A stretch of 64,000 nucleotides of DNA. It comes from an uncultured delta proteobacterium (GTDB lineage: Bacteria; Myxococcota_A; Polyangia; Fen-1088). Below are positions 18,423-27,508 of this stretch, in pieces. Made by a program: the position numbers and the translations under genes. The notes under the pieces were generated by a model. It was not told the origin of the DNA. It worked only from the letters and a program-made list of their open reading frames with translations, and did no database searches. Where the stretch lies: the NCBI GenBank assembly GCA_963796685.1, contig CAWCMR010000012.1, positions 35,872-99,871 of the forward strand. The letters run 5' to 3'. Positions within the stretch are counted from its first letter, which is position 1. Every line of letters starts with the position of its first letter.

Positions 18423-20585
18423 CTAGCTGGTTGGACGACGACCCAGGTCGTCTCTCAGGGCTCGTTCGAGTCCCTCCCGGATGGTGCGGGGCGCTATGCC
18501 GAGGGCGGTGCCCGCGCCTACCCCTGCCAGCAGGTCCTCGATCGGCGTGGACGGAGCGCCAGGGGAGGCCGAGCCTGGGCGGTCGAGCGCGAACACCGGC
18601 AGGATCTGATTCATGTGATTGACCACGATGGCACCGTCCGCCACGAACACTGCCTGGCCGCCCTTGCCAAGGTGCTCGCGCACCAGCGGCGACTGACCGT
18701 CGCGGCTGAAGTACAAGATTCGCCCACGACACTTCCCCGCCATCGCTGCCACCTCGGGATCGTCGGCATTGAGAACCGCGCAGCCATCGGGCAGGACCAC
18801 GTCCACGGGCGCGCGAATGGCCTTGGCAACCAGGACCGCGTCATCCACGTCCGCCTCGCCCCGATAGTCGCCGGAATGCAGGTTGGTGACCACGGTCACG
18901 TTGCAACGATCGAAGGCCAGACCTTCTTGGATCACCCGGAGCTCGCTCGTCTCGAGCACCACGGCGTCGACGAACGGGTTGACCAACACGCGGCGGGCAT
19001 CGGCCGCGTTCGTGCAATCCCTGTCCGACAGGACGCGTCCTCCGACGCGCAGACCGCGCGCGCTTGCCTCACCGACCGTGTGCGACGCTTCCGCCAACAC
19101 GGACGCGATCAAGGACGCGACCCGTGTCTTGCCACGGGTTCCCGAGACCGCGACCAAGGGAACGCGGCCGGATTCACCCGGCGGGAAGAGATGGCTCACG
19201 ATGGCCTCGCCCACCGGGCGAGGCGTTCCGACCAGCGGTTTGAGGTGCATGACCAGACCGGGGCTGGCGTTCACCTCGATGACGGCTCCGTCCTGCTCGT
19301 CGAGAGGCCGGGCGATGTCCTCGGCGATGAGATCGATCCCGGCCACGTCGAGCCCCACGGTTTGCGCCGCGATCACGCAGTTGGCGGCGATATCCGGGTG
19401 CATGCGATCGGTTTCGTCGACCGTGAGATCGCCGTTGTGGTGGATGAGAACCGGGCGGCCGGTGGGCGGCACCGAAGCCTTCTCCAGTCCTTGACGGCGC
19501 AGAAGCTCGAGGGAGATCTCGTCGAGCACGAGGGGCGTGAGGGGAAGGGCGGAATCCTCCCCGCGTTTGGGATCTTGGTTGGCCTGGGCCACCAGCTCCT
19601 CGACGGTGTGGATGCCGTCGGCCACGACCTGCTCGGCCTCGCCGCCGCTGGCCGCGACGGCGCGGTCGCCGACCACCAGCACGCGGTACTGCGAGCCCGC
19701 GACGAATTGCTCGACCACCACGCCGCTGCCCTCGCGCGAGGCGATGTCGAACGCGGTCTCGACGGCCTCGCGATCCTCCAGACGAATGGAGACGCCGCGG
19801 CCGTGGTTGGCATCCTGCGGTTTGACCACCACGGGCAGTCCGAGCTCTTCCGCGGCAGCCCAGGCATCGGCGCGATCTTGCGCCAGACGGCCCGCCGGCA
19901 TGGGCACCCCGACGGAGTAGAGCAACTGCCGCGTCAGCTCCTTGTCCTGGGCGATGGATTCGGCCAGGGCACAGGTCTTGGCTGTCTCGGCGGCCCAGAT
20001 ACGGCGCTGGGCCTTGCCGTAGCCGAGCTGCACGAGGTTGCCGTGGCTGATGCGCACGTAGGGAATTCCGCGCGCCTTGGCGGCCGTGACGATGGCCTGC
20101 GTGCTCGGCCCCAGGCACACCCTGTCGGCGAGCTCGCGCAACCCGCGCAGGCGTTCCTTCATGTCGAAGGGGCGGTCGTCGACCGCCGCCAAGATCAGGT
20201 CGCGCCCGGTGCGTAGGCAGGCCTCGCCCAAGGCCGCGTCGAGGACCTCGACCACCACGCGGTAGACGCCGCGCTCGCTGGTCTCGCGCGTGCGCCCGTA
20301 TCCTACTGGCAGGTGGGCCAGGGTTTGCAGCTCCAGGGTCACGTGCTCGAGCACGTGGCCAAGCCACGTCCCGTCGCGCAGGCGCGAGAAGAACCCGCCG
20401 CGCACGCCTTCGCTGCAGCGATGCTCGATCATCGAAGGCAGCCAGGCGGTCAGGCGATCCACGAAGCCGGGCAGGGTGTTCGAGGGTTGGGTGTCGAAGG
20501 GGCCGAGGTCGACCCAGGCTTCGAGGACCGGGTAGTTGGCCCAAATGTTCGGCCCGACCAGGGACAGGATCTTGCGGATGTGCAT
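18423..20585 (-). CDS. cphA: Cyanophycin synthetase paralogue (CphA'-like, degenerate and truncated Mur domain)
   Basis: GPNIW, HRCSEGVRGGF...HVLEH, KPQDANHGRGV and EVNASPGL. The P-loop reads GTRGKTR and the DYxHN C-terminal lid is missing. Start placed at ATG 20585. Confidence 0.9.
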   Translation of the reverse strand: MHIRKILSLVGPNIWANYPVLEAWVDLGPFDTQPSNTLPGFVDRLTAWLPSMIEHRCSEGVRGGFFSRLRDGTWLGHVLEHVTLELQTLAHLPVGYGRTRETSERGVYRVVVEVLDAALGEACLRTGRDLILAAVDDRPFDMKERLRGLRELADRVCLGPSTQAIVTAAKARGIPYVRISHGNLVQLGYGKAQRRIWAAETAKTCALAESIAQDKELTRQLLYSVGVPMPAGRLAQDRADAWAAAEELGLPVVVKPQDANHGRGVSIRLEDREAVETAFDIASREGSGVVVEQFVAGSQYRVLVVGDRAVAASGGEAEQVVADGIHTVEELVAQANQDPKRGEDSALPLTPLVLDEISLELLRRQGLEKASVPPTGRPVLIHHNGDLTVDETDRMHPDIAANCVIAAQTVGLDVAGIDLIAEDIARPLDEQDGAVIEVNASPGLVMHLKPLVGTPRPVGEAIVSHLFPPGESGRVPLVAVSGTRGKTRVASLIASVLAEASHTVGEASARGLRVGGRVLSDRDCTNAADARRVLVNPFVDAVVLETSELRVIQEGLAFDRCNVTVVTNLHSGDYRGEADVDDAVLVAKAIRAPVDVVLPDGCAVLNADDPEVAAMAGKCRGRILYFSRDGQSPLVREHLGKGGQAVFVADGAIVVNHMNQILPVFALDRPGSASPGAPSTPIEDLLAGVGAGTALGIAPRTIREGLERALRDDLGRRPTS

Positions 20586-20691
20586 GGTTTGTAGCCACCG
20601 CGCGAAACGCGGCGGCGCCATCCTGCTCTTCTCCGTGCACGAGCGCCAGTCTCTGCGCACCAGAGCCCGCTTGGATTCGCGCAAGCCGGTG

Positions 20692-21882
20692 CTAGAACGC
20701 GGGCTGATAGAAGGCCGACGCGGGGCGGGCGAAGAGGAAACCCTGAAAGAGATCGCAGCCGAGGTCGGCAAGGACATCGCGCTCGGCGGTCGTTTCCACG
20801 CCCTCGGCCACGAGCAGCATTTCCATCTCGCGGCACAGGCCGGCGACCGAGCCGACCAGCTTGCGTTTGATCGCGCTGCCCTCGATGCCGCGGACCAGGT
20901 TCATATCGATCTTCACGATGTCGGGATCGAGCGTGGCGAAGCTGGTCAGACCAGCGTAGCCCGCGCCGAGATCGTCCACCGCGATTCGGAAGCCGAATCG
21001 TCGCAGCTCCCGAACCCGCTCGCGCACCTCCTCGAGGCCCGAGAGCGGCGCGCGCTCGGTGATCTCGAGCACCACGTGGTCGGCAGCGGCCAGGAGCGGC
21101 GACTGCGGATCGGTCAGCTCGGGGTCGAGCAGGTCGCTCGGGTGCAGATTGACGAAGAGCAACCAGTCCTGATTCATCTGACTGCGACAGTGGGCGGCGA
21201 AGGCGCGCAAAGCGCGACCCAGCTTGCGGGTGGAGCCCAGGCGCTCGGCAGCATCCAGCATGTCCCCGGGCGTAGGAAGCGTCGGCTCGGTGCTGCGGAG
21301 CAAGGCCTCGTAGCCGAAGATAGACTTCGTGGATAGCGACACGATGGGCTGGAAGGCCATGCCGAAGGAGGCCAGCGCGCGGGAAAAGCTCGCCTCGAGC
21401 CCTGCCCGATCCGAGGGTCCTGCGATGCCGCCGATGCTCAGTGCCTCGCGCTTGAGGCGCGCGAGACGGTAGAGCTGGGTGGCTTGCAGGACCGTCTCGC
21501 GTAGCCCATCGAGGTCGAAGGGTTTGGGCAGATAGCGAAACACGCCGTATTCGATGGCCTCGGCCGCGCCCTCCCACGACGGCTGTCCTGTCATCAGCAA
21601 CACGGGCAAATCCGCGTCGTGCTCGCGAATCGCGCGCAGGAGCTCGATCCCGGTCATGCCCGGCATCTTGACATCGCTGATGACCGCGGCGAATCCGCCT
21701 TGGGGAACCAGCGCCACGGCCTCCGCGCCGCGGGAACAGGTCACGACATCGAACGAGCCCTCGAGCGCGCGTTCGAGCAGTCCGAGCAGTGTGGGATCGT
21801 CGTCCACCGCGAGGATAGCCATCCGCCGGCCTGCCTGTCCAAGAGGCAACAACACGACACCTTCAACGCCAGTCTGATCCAT
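20692..21882 (-). CDS. Response regulator with EAL c-di-GMP phosphodiesterase domain
   Basis: REC (AVDDD, SDVKMP, YLPKP) plus EAL (FQPIV, EALLR, LEITE, DDLGAGYA, AEGVET, QGF). Confidence 0.92.
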   Translation of the reverse strand: MDQTGVEGVVLLPLGQAGRRMAILAVDDDPTLLGLLERALEGSFDVVTCSRGAEAVALVPQGGFAAVISDVKMPGMTGIELLRAIREHDADLPVLLMTGQPSWEGAAEAIEYGVFRYLPKPFDLDGLRETVLQATQLYRLARLKREALSIGGIAGPSDRAGLEASFSRALASFGMAFQPIVSLSTKSIFGYEALLRSTEPTLPTPGDMLDAAERLGSTRKLGRALRAFAAHCRSQMNQDWLLFVNLHPSDLLDPELTDPQSPLLAAADHVVLEITERAPLSGLEEVRERVRELRRFGFRIAVDDLGAGYAGLTSFATLDPDIVKIDMNLVRGIEGSAIKRKLVGSVAGLCREMEMLLVAEGVETTAERDVLADLGCDLFQGFLFARPASAFYQPAF

Positions 21883-22014
21883 GGGACCACCTCGTTGCTG
21901 AACAACCCGAATACCAGATCCCAGCCGCATGCGCCCGGACTAAGTGTGGAGGCCCGTGACGCCAGCCGACAGAAGGAGCTCTGTGCTCTCCTCCGCCTCA
22001 GCGCTCTCCATGTC

Positions 22015-22947
22015 TCACACCTGGAACAGCTCGGTGCTGAGATACTTCTCGCCGCGATCGGGGAAGATGGTCACGATGGTTCCCGACGCGATTTCGGTGG
22101 CCACCTGGCGGGCGGCGAAGAGGGCGGCGCCGCTGCTCATGCCGACGAAGATGCCTTCTTGGCGGGCGATCTGGCGCGTGAGCTCGAAGGCGTCCTCGCT
22201 CTCGATCATGATATGCCGGTCGATCTTGGCCGGGTCGTAGATGGCGGGGACGATGGCCTCTTCCAGATTCTTGAGCCCCTGGATGTAGTGGCCGCGCACG
22301 GGGTGGGCGCTGACGATCTTCACCGCGGGCAGCTTCTCCTTGAGCGCCAGTCCGACGCCCATCAGGGTTCCGCTGGTACCGAGCGACGACACGAAGTAGT
22401 CGAGGTGGCCCCCCGTCTGGCGCAGGATCTCCTGGGCCGTGCCGTGGTAGTGGGCGAGCTGGTTGTAGTGGTTCGAGAACTGGTCGGGCATGAAGTACTT
22501 GGCGGGAAAATCGCGCACCAGCTCGCGCGCCTTGAAGATGGCGCCGTCGGTGCCCAGCTTGGCCGCGGTCAGGGTCACCCTGGCCCCGAACGCGGCGATC
22601 ATCTTGCGCCGCTCGACCGAGACCGCCTCGCTCATCACGATCTCGACCGCATAGCCTTTCACGGCGCCGATCATGGCCAGGGCGATGCCGGTGTTGCCGC
22701 TGGTGGGCTCGAGGATGATCTTGTCGCGGGTGAGCGTGCCCTCGTGCTCGGCCTGCTCGATCATCTTGAGCGCGATGCGATCCTTGATGCTGCCGGTGGG
22801 ATTGAACCCCTCCAGCTTGGCCAGCAGCGTGACCTTCGGGTTGGGGCACATGTGCTGGATGCGCACCACGGGCGTGTTGCCGATGAGGCCGAGGATGGAG
22901 CTGGCCGGAAGGTCGCAGGCAGGTGGCGTGGTCGATGGTGTTGGCAT
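22015..22947 (-). CDS. cysM: Cysteine synthase (PLP-dependent, CysK/CysM family)
   Basis: IGNTP, KLEGFNPTGSIKDR, EPTSGNTG, GTSGT and PDRGEKYLS. The cysM versus cysK call is tentative. Confidence 0.88.
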   Translation of the reverse strand: MPTPSTTPPACDLPASSILGLIGNTPVVRIQHMCPNPKVTLLAKLEGFNPTGSIKDRIALKMIEQAEHEGTLTRDKIILEPTSGNTGIALAMIGAVKGYAVEIVMSEAVSVERRKMIAAFGARVTLTAAKLGTDGAIFKARELVRDFPAKYFMPDQFSNHYNQLAHYHGTAQEILRQTGGHLDYFVSSLGTSGTLMGVGLALKEKLPAVKIVSAHPVRGHYIQGLKNLEEAIVPAIYDPAKIDRHIMIESEDAFELTRQIARQEGIFVGMSSGAALFAARQVATEIASGTIVTIFPDRGEKYLSTELFQV

Positions 22948-22963
22948 GGTCGAGGCGGCGGGA

Positions 22964-24190
22964 TTACGCCACCACGGCGAATTCGTCGAGCAGCTCCTCC
23001 ATGCGCCCGAACACGTCGGCCATAGTCTTCTCGTCGGGCAAGAGGGTGATGCGGAAGTGGTTGCGGTAGGGCACGTTGAAGCTCGACCCCGGCGCGACGA
23101 GCACGTGCTTGCGCTCGAGCAGCTCGATGGCGAACTTTTCGTCGTCGAAGCTCGGCAACTTGGTCAGATCCACGCCCGGGAACGCGTAGATGGCCCCGCG
23201 CGGGGGCAGGACGGTGAGGTAGCGGCTGCGCTTCACGCTTTCGAGCACGGTAGCGCGGGTCTGGAACAGCCGGCCGCCGGGCTTGGTCAGATCGTAGATG
23301 GATTGGTAGCCGCCAAGCGCGGTTTGCACCGCCCATTGCCCGACCACGTTCGAGCACAGCCGCAGCGACATGATGGTGTCGAGGCCGAGAAGGTACTCGC
23401 GCGCCTGTTCCTTCTCGCCCGAAAAGCTGAGCCAGCCCACGCGGAAGCCGCACGAGCGATAGACCTTGGACAGCCCGGAAAAGGTGCCGCACAGGGTGTG
23501 CTTGACCAAGGTCGCCACGGGCGTGTACTCGGCGCCTTCGTAGGTGATCCGGTCGTAGATCTCGTCGGTGAAGACCACCAGCTCGTGTTTCTCGGCGAGA
23601 TCCACCATCGTCTGCAGGACCTCGCGCGGATAGACCGCGCCGGTCGGGTTGTTGGGCGAGATGATGACCATGGCGCGCGTGCGCGGCGTGATGAGCTTAG
23701 CCAGGGCGTCGAGGTCGGGCAGCCAGCTCAGCTCTTGCCGGCAAGGGTAGTGGACGGCCTTGCCATCGTTGAGATGGGTCGCCGCGGTCCACAGCGGGTA
23801 GTCCGGGCTCGGCACCAGCACCTCGTCGCCCACGTTGAGCAGGGCGCGCAGGGAAAACAGGATCAGCTCGCTGACCCCGTTGCCCATGAAGACATCCTCG
23901 GCGGTGGTGTTCATCACGCCGCGGTTCTGCTGCTGCATGACCACGGCCTCGCGCGCTGGGAAGATACCCTTCTGGTGGCAGTACGCGTCGGATTCGCGCA
24001 GGTTCTCGATCATTGCCTGACGCATCGTTTCTGGGGCGCGAAACCCGAAGGCGCCGGGGTTGCCGATGTTCAGCTTGATGATCTCGTGACCGGCTTTTTC
24101 CAGCTCCGCAGCCCGACGGGCCAGCGGTCCCCGGATTTCGTAGCGGACGTTGGCGAGTTGGTTGCTGGCTTTGATGCGGGTCGTTGACAT
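22964..24190 (-). CDS. alaA: Alanine transaminase (class I/II aminotransferase)
   Basis: YEIRGP, KLNIGNP, PSPDYPLWTAA, PNNPTG, DEIYD and GLSKVYRSCGFRVGW. Confidence 0.9.
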   Translation of the reverse strand: MSTTRIKASNQLANVRYEIRGPLARRAAELEKAGHEIIKLNIGNPGAFGFRAPETMRQAMIENLRESDAYCHQKGIFPAREAVVMQQQNRGVMNTTAEDVFMGNGVSELILFSLRALLNVGDEVLVPSPDYPLWTAATHLNDGKAVHYPCRQELSWLPDLDALAKLITPRTRAMVIISPNNPTGAVYPREVLQTMVDLAEKHELVVFTDEIYDRITYEGAEYTPVATLVKHTLCGTFSGLSKVYRSCGFRVGWLSFSGEKEQAREYLLGLDTIMSLRLCSNVVGQWAVQTALGGYQSIYDLTKPGGRLFQTRATVLESVKRSRYLTVLPPRGAIYAFPGVDLTKLPSFDDEKFAIELLERKHVLVAPGSSFNVPYRNHFRITLLPDEKTMADVFGRMEELLDEFAVVA

Positions 24191-24385
24191 GGCGAAGTGT
24201 TGAAGATAGTCCACCTTTCCGCCTCGCGAAAGGCCGCAAAGCGGCACGGGTCGCCGGATGCGGAATCGGCATGGGAACGGCGTCCGGCGTGCGCTCGCGC
24301 ACGAGCCGCCCCGATGGCGAAAGCCACTGCGTGATATCCTATCCATGGGACTTCCCTTCCACTCGAACAAGGTTGTTGATCAGTC

Positions 24386-25543
24386 GTGAAATCGCAGAGA
24401 TCGCGTGGTCCGCTCGTCATCGGTCCTTTTGCCGCATCGCTCCTCTTGGCCTGCGCAGGGGCCAAGGTCGGGGTCGAGCCCGGCGCTGGCGGCTCGCAAG
24501 GCGGCGGAGCCACCGGTGGCGACGGTGGGGCAGGTGGCGGTGTGAAGATCGACCTCGATGCCGCGCCCGGCTTCACCCCACCTGACACTCGCCCACCGGC
24601 GATGGACCTGCCGCCGTGCCCGACTGCCTACCGGCAGGACGATGCCGGAAATTTTTTCTGCTGCCCCAAACCCCTGAGCATCGTGTCGTTGGGCCAACCG
24701 GCAAGTGCAAACTACGGGGCGGGCAGTGGCAAGGACAGTACCGACGCCTTTACGGCCTTCATGAACGGCAATACCAACGGCACTGCAACCATGCAGATGA
24801 TCAAGTCCTTCACGCATATCACCGCTCTCGACCTCAGCCAGTACGACGTCATCATCTTGCAAGCGCTGGAGGACAGCGAGTACACCAACCTTTGGAGCTA
24901 CGACACCGCCGATGCGGCGGCACTGCGCGACTGGATTCACGACAAGGGTGGTGGACTCATCATCATGTCGGGATACGGCGGCAACACCACCGAGGTTCAG
25001 CCCATCAATCAGTTGCTGCAAGGCAGCGACAATTGGAGTGGCATTACCTACAATACGGATGACACCTTCAATTCGTGTCCCGACAATATGTGCTACTGCG
25101 CCGATTCGTCAGTCGCGTTTAGTGGTTGGACGACGAACTATGCGGACTTCGATCAAATCACGCACGATTTGAAGAAAGTCGGTGTCTTTCACGGCCGTTC
25201 CATCAATTGTTCGGGCTCCGACTGTCAGGTCTTCGCAAAGGATACAACCTGGGGAAACGTCGGCGTGGCGAAGAAATATGGAAACGGCAGGGTCTTTGCC
25301 TGGGGTGACGAGTGGGTCACCTACACCAGCCAGTGGGGCTTGGCGCCGGTGCCTGTGGGGACCGATCCGCTCGGCTACGACGATCCAGTCACGTACGCAC
25401 AATGCGTTGGCCATACGCCCATGACCTCCTACAACGTGCCGCAGTTCTGGTACAACACCTTCAGGTGGCTGGTTCCCGGCAACACCTGCTTCACCATTAT
25501 CGTGCCCCCGACCGCTCCCCCGACCCAGATCATCATTCCCTGA
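24386..25543 (+). CDS. Lipoprotein with Gly/Pro linker and a Cys-containing GATase-like/DUF4350-like domain
   Basis: Lipobox LLAC, LSQYDVIIL, ALRDWI..GGGLIIM and GNGRVFAWGDEW. Confidence 0.7.
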   Translation: MKSQRSRGPLVIGPFAASLLLACAGAKVGVEPGAGGSQGGGATGGDGGAGGGVKIDLDAAPGFTPPDTRPPAMDLPPCPTAYRQDDAGNFFCCPKPLSIVSLGQPASANYGAGSGKDSTDAFTAFMNGNTNGTATMQMIKSFTHITALDLSQYDVIILQALEDSEYTNLWSYDTADAAALRDWIHDKGGGLIIMSGYGGNTTEVQPINQLLQGSDNWSGITYNTDDTFNSCPDNMCYCADSSVAFSGWTTNYADFDQITHDLKKVGVFHGRSINCSGSDCQVFAKDTTWGNVGVAKKYGNGRVFAWGDEWVTYTSQWGLAPVPVGTDPLGYDDPVTYAQCVGHTPMTSYNVPQFWYNTFRWLVPGNTCFTIIVPPTAPPTQIIIP

Positions 25544-25641
25544 TCGATTCATGCGAGGGCGTGGACAAGGGATTATCTACTAACCGCGTGCCAACCTGCT
25601 GCTTCCATCGCGGCCAGGCGAACCGGCTCGCGGCCGCGTGG

Positions 25642-26754
25642 CTATTCCGGGCTGCCGCGTAGGCGCCAGATTACCTGAACCAGCGCAATCACGCACAGTG
25701 GGCCGGCGATGAGTAGGGCGTGGACGAGCGCCAGCTTGGTCAGGCCCAGAAGCGCGTAGACCAAGAAGGCAAGCACGTAGAAGTCGCGGCGGCCCATGCT
25801 GAAGACCAGAATAAAGGGGCTGACGCGCTTTTGGTTCAGACGCGTCTTCATGCTGTCCTTGCCGGCGATGCGCCAACGGACCTTGATGATCTCGCCGCCA
25901 TCGCCCTGACGCCGGATCTCGGTCAAGGCGACGGCATCGTAAATCAGGTGCATGAGCGAGGCGCCAAGACCGCAGAAAAGCAGCAGCGTGGAGCCACCGT
26001 TGCGATAGAGGCCGATGCCAACTGCGGCGAAGATGACGATGTTCAGGCCGTCGTCGACCATGGTGTCCAGCCACTCGCCGATGGCGCTTTGTTGAAAGCG
26101 GACGCGGGCCAGCTCGCCGTCACAGCCGTCCAGGATGGACTGGACATGGGCCAGGAAGAATCCCCAAATCATGAACGCGTAGTTGCCGCTGGCGATGAGC
26201 GCGGCGCCCACCAGACCGACCATTGCGGCGCCCAGGGTGACATGGTTGGGTGTGAAGGGCAGGTGGCAAAGGACGTGGCGGGTGATGAAGAAGGACACCG
26301 GCTTGTTGAGGTAGCGCGCGACGAATCCCAGATCCCCGCGCATCAGCTCGGCGAAGACGGCGCGCTCAGCCTTGCGACGCGAGGTCTCGTCCACCACCTT
26401 CATGCCGCCTTCCAGCGAGCGATTCGACGGTCGAACCTCGTTTGCGCCGATTTCGACCGCGTTCCTGAGCTCGCTGCGCAGGGCCGCCAGATCGTCGGGT
26501 CGGGGGACCCTGCGCAAGAGTACGGACGGCGGCAGGTACTTGGGTAGGGTGCAGCTACCATCGGAGGCGACGATGATGGACAGCCCCATGCCATCCAACT
26601 GTTTGATGGACCGCTCGACCACGGAGAGTCCGGCGACGTGCATGCTGGCGCCCACGACCTCGGCCGTGGTGGCGCGAAGGAGCGCGGGACGTTTGCTCGG
26701 CGGCGGGTTGGAAGACGGCGTGGATGTGTCGTTCGTGGATGCTGGTTCTGTCAC
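25642..26754 (-). CDS. CDP-alcohol phosphatidyltransferase family protein
   Basis: TPNHVT and the signature LDGCDGELAR...GEWLDTMVD. The GTG start is uncertain. Confidence 0.88.
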   Translation of the reverse strand: MTEPASTNDTSTPSSNPPPSKRPALLRATTAEVVGASMHVAGLSVVERSIKQLDGMGLSIIVASDGSCTLPKYLPPSVLLRRVPRPDDLAALRSELRNAVEIGANEVRPSNRSLEGGMKVVDETSRRKAERAVFAELMRGDLGFVARYLNKPVSFFITRHVLCHLPFTPNHVTLGAAMVGLVGAALIASGNYAFMIWGFFLAHVQSILDGCDGELARVRFQQSAIGEWLDTMVDDGLNIVIFAAVGIGLYRNGGSTLLLFCGLGASLMHLIYDAVALTEIRRQGDGGEIIKVRWRIAGKDSMKTRLNQKRVSPFILVFSMGRRDFYVLAFLVYALLGLTKLALVHALLIAGPLCVIALVQVIWRLRGSPE

Positions 26755-26836
26755 GTTGGCCTTCTCGCGCAGGGCCGGAGTCTGCCCGAGAAGGAGCGAA
26801 AGTGCACGAACCAAGCGGCGGCAGGACGCTGCGGAC

Positions 26837-27508
26837 CTACTCCTCGGGTAGGAGCAGCATGTTGTCGGGAAGACCCGACCAGCGAACGATCTGCACGCCG
26901 GCCAAAAGGGTGTACATGTGAATGTTGCCATCAGGCATGACCCGGAAGTCAACCGTCGGGGTGATGGCCCAGCCGCCGGTCAGGCGCTTGCGCCAGGGGA
27001 AGAAGTCGTACATTAGGCCGAGGGTCATGTACGAGCCCGCGCCACCGCGCAGGGAGGTGTCGAGCGCCGTGTTGTCGCGGGTGTAGACGTAGCCGATCCC
27101 GAATCCGCCGTGGACCGAGAGGTTGCGCCAGACCGTCGCATCACCCTCCAAGATGAGGCCGCCCAAGCCGCCTTTGTCGTTGCCCTTCTTCATCATTCCG
27201 AGGAGGCTGCCCGCGCTTTCGTAGAGCAGGCCCAGGCCCAGCCGTTCGGTGATGAGCTGACCGATACGGAGGGTGTAGCCGTAGCCCGAGTAGATGCCGT
27301 GGTCGTGGCCCTCCTCGATGTAGTTCGAGGCAATGCCGTAGAGGCCAAAGCCGATCCAGTAGCCTTGGCGCGCGCGCGGCGGCTCGAGCAGCGAGCTCGA
27401 ATCGCTCCCGTTCCCTTCTTGGGCGAGCGCGGGACGGGCATGGCCCGCGGCGAGCCCCAGCGAGGCGAGCACCACGGCCACGACGGTTTGGCATGCCAAG
27501 CGCCGCAT
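26837..27508 (-). CDS. Secreted, probable small outer-membrane beta-barrel protein
   Basis: Signal peptide ending ALA and alternating aromatic/Gly strands. Its start is coupled to the TBDR stop. Confidence 0.65.
   Translation of the reverse strand: MRRLACQTVVAVVLASLGLAAGHARPALAQEGNGSDSSSLLEPPRARQGYWIGFGLYGIASNYIEEGHDHGIYSGYGYTLRIGQLITERLGLGLLYESAGSLLGMMKKGNDKGGLGGLILEGDATVWRNLSVHGGFGIGYVYTRDNTALDTSLRGGAGSYMTLGLMYDFFPWRKRLTGGWAITPTVDFRVMPDGNIHMYTLLAGVQIVRWSGLPDNMLLLPEE

Noticed and set aside
15513-20216. Long plus-strand ORFs (891 aa, 653 aa) and similar long antisense ORFs elsewhere (12665-14806, 34624-36792, 36905-38647, 50301-51932)
   Set aside because: These are shadows of well-supported genes on the opposite strand, expected from high-GC codon bias. 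They carry no recognisable motifs, apart from vapB at the end of 12665-14806.
24215-24330. c-di-GMP-I riboswitch-like words (GCGAAAG, CGCAAAGC, GGC-GAAA-GCC)
   Set aside because: The GGCAAAC opening, the tetraloop receptor and the correct stem order are missing.
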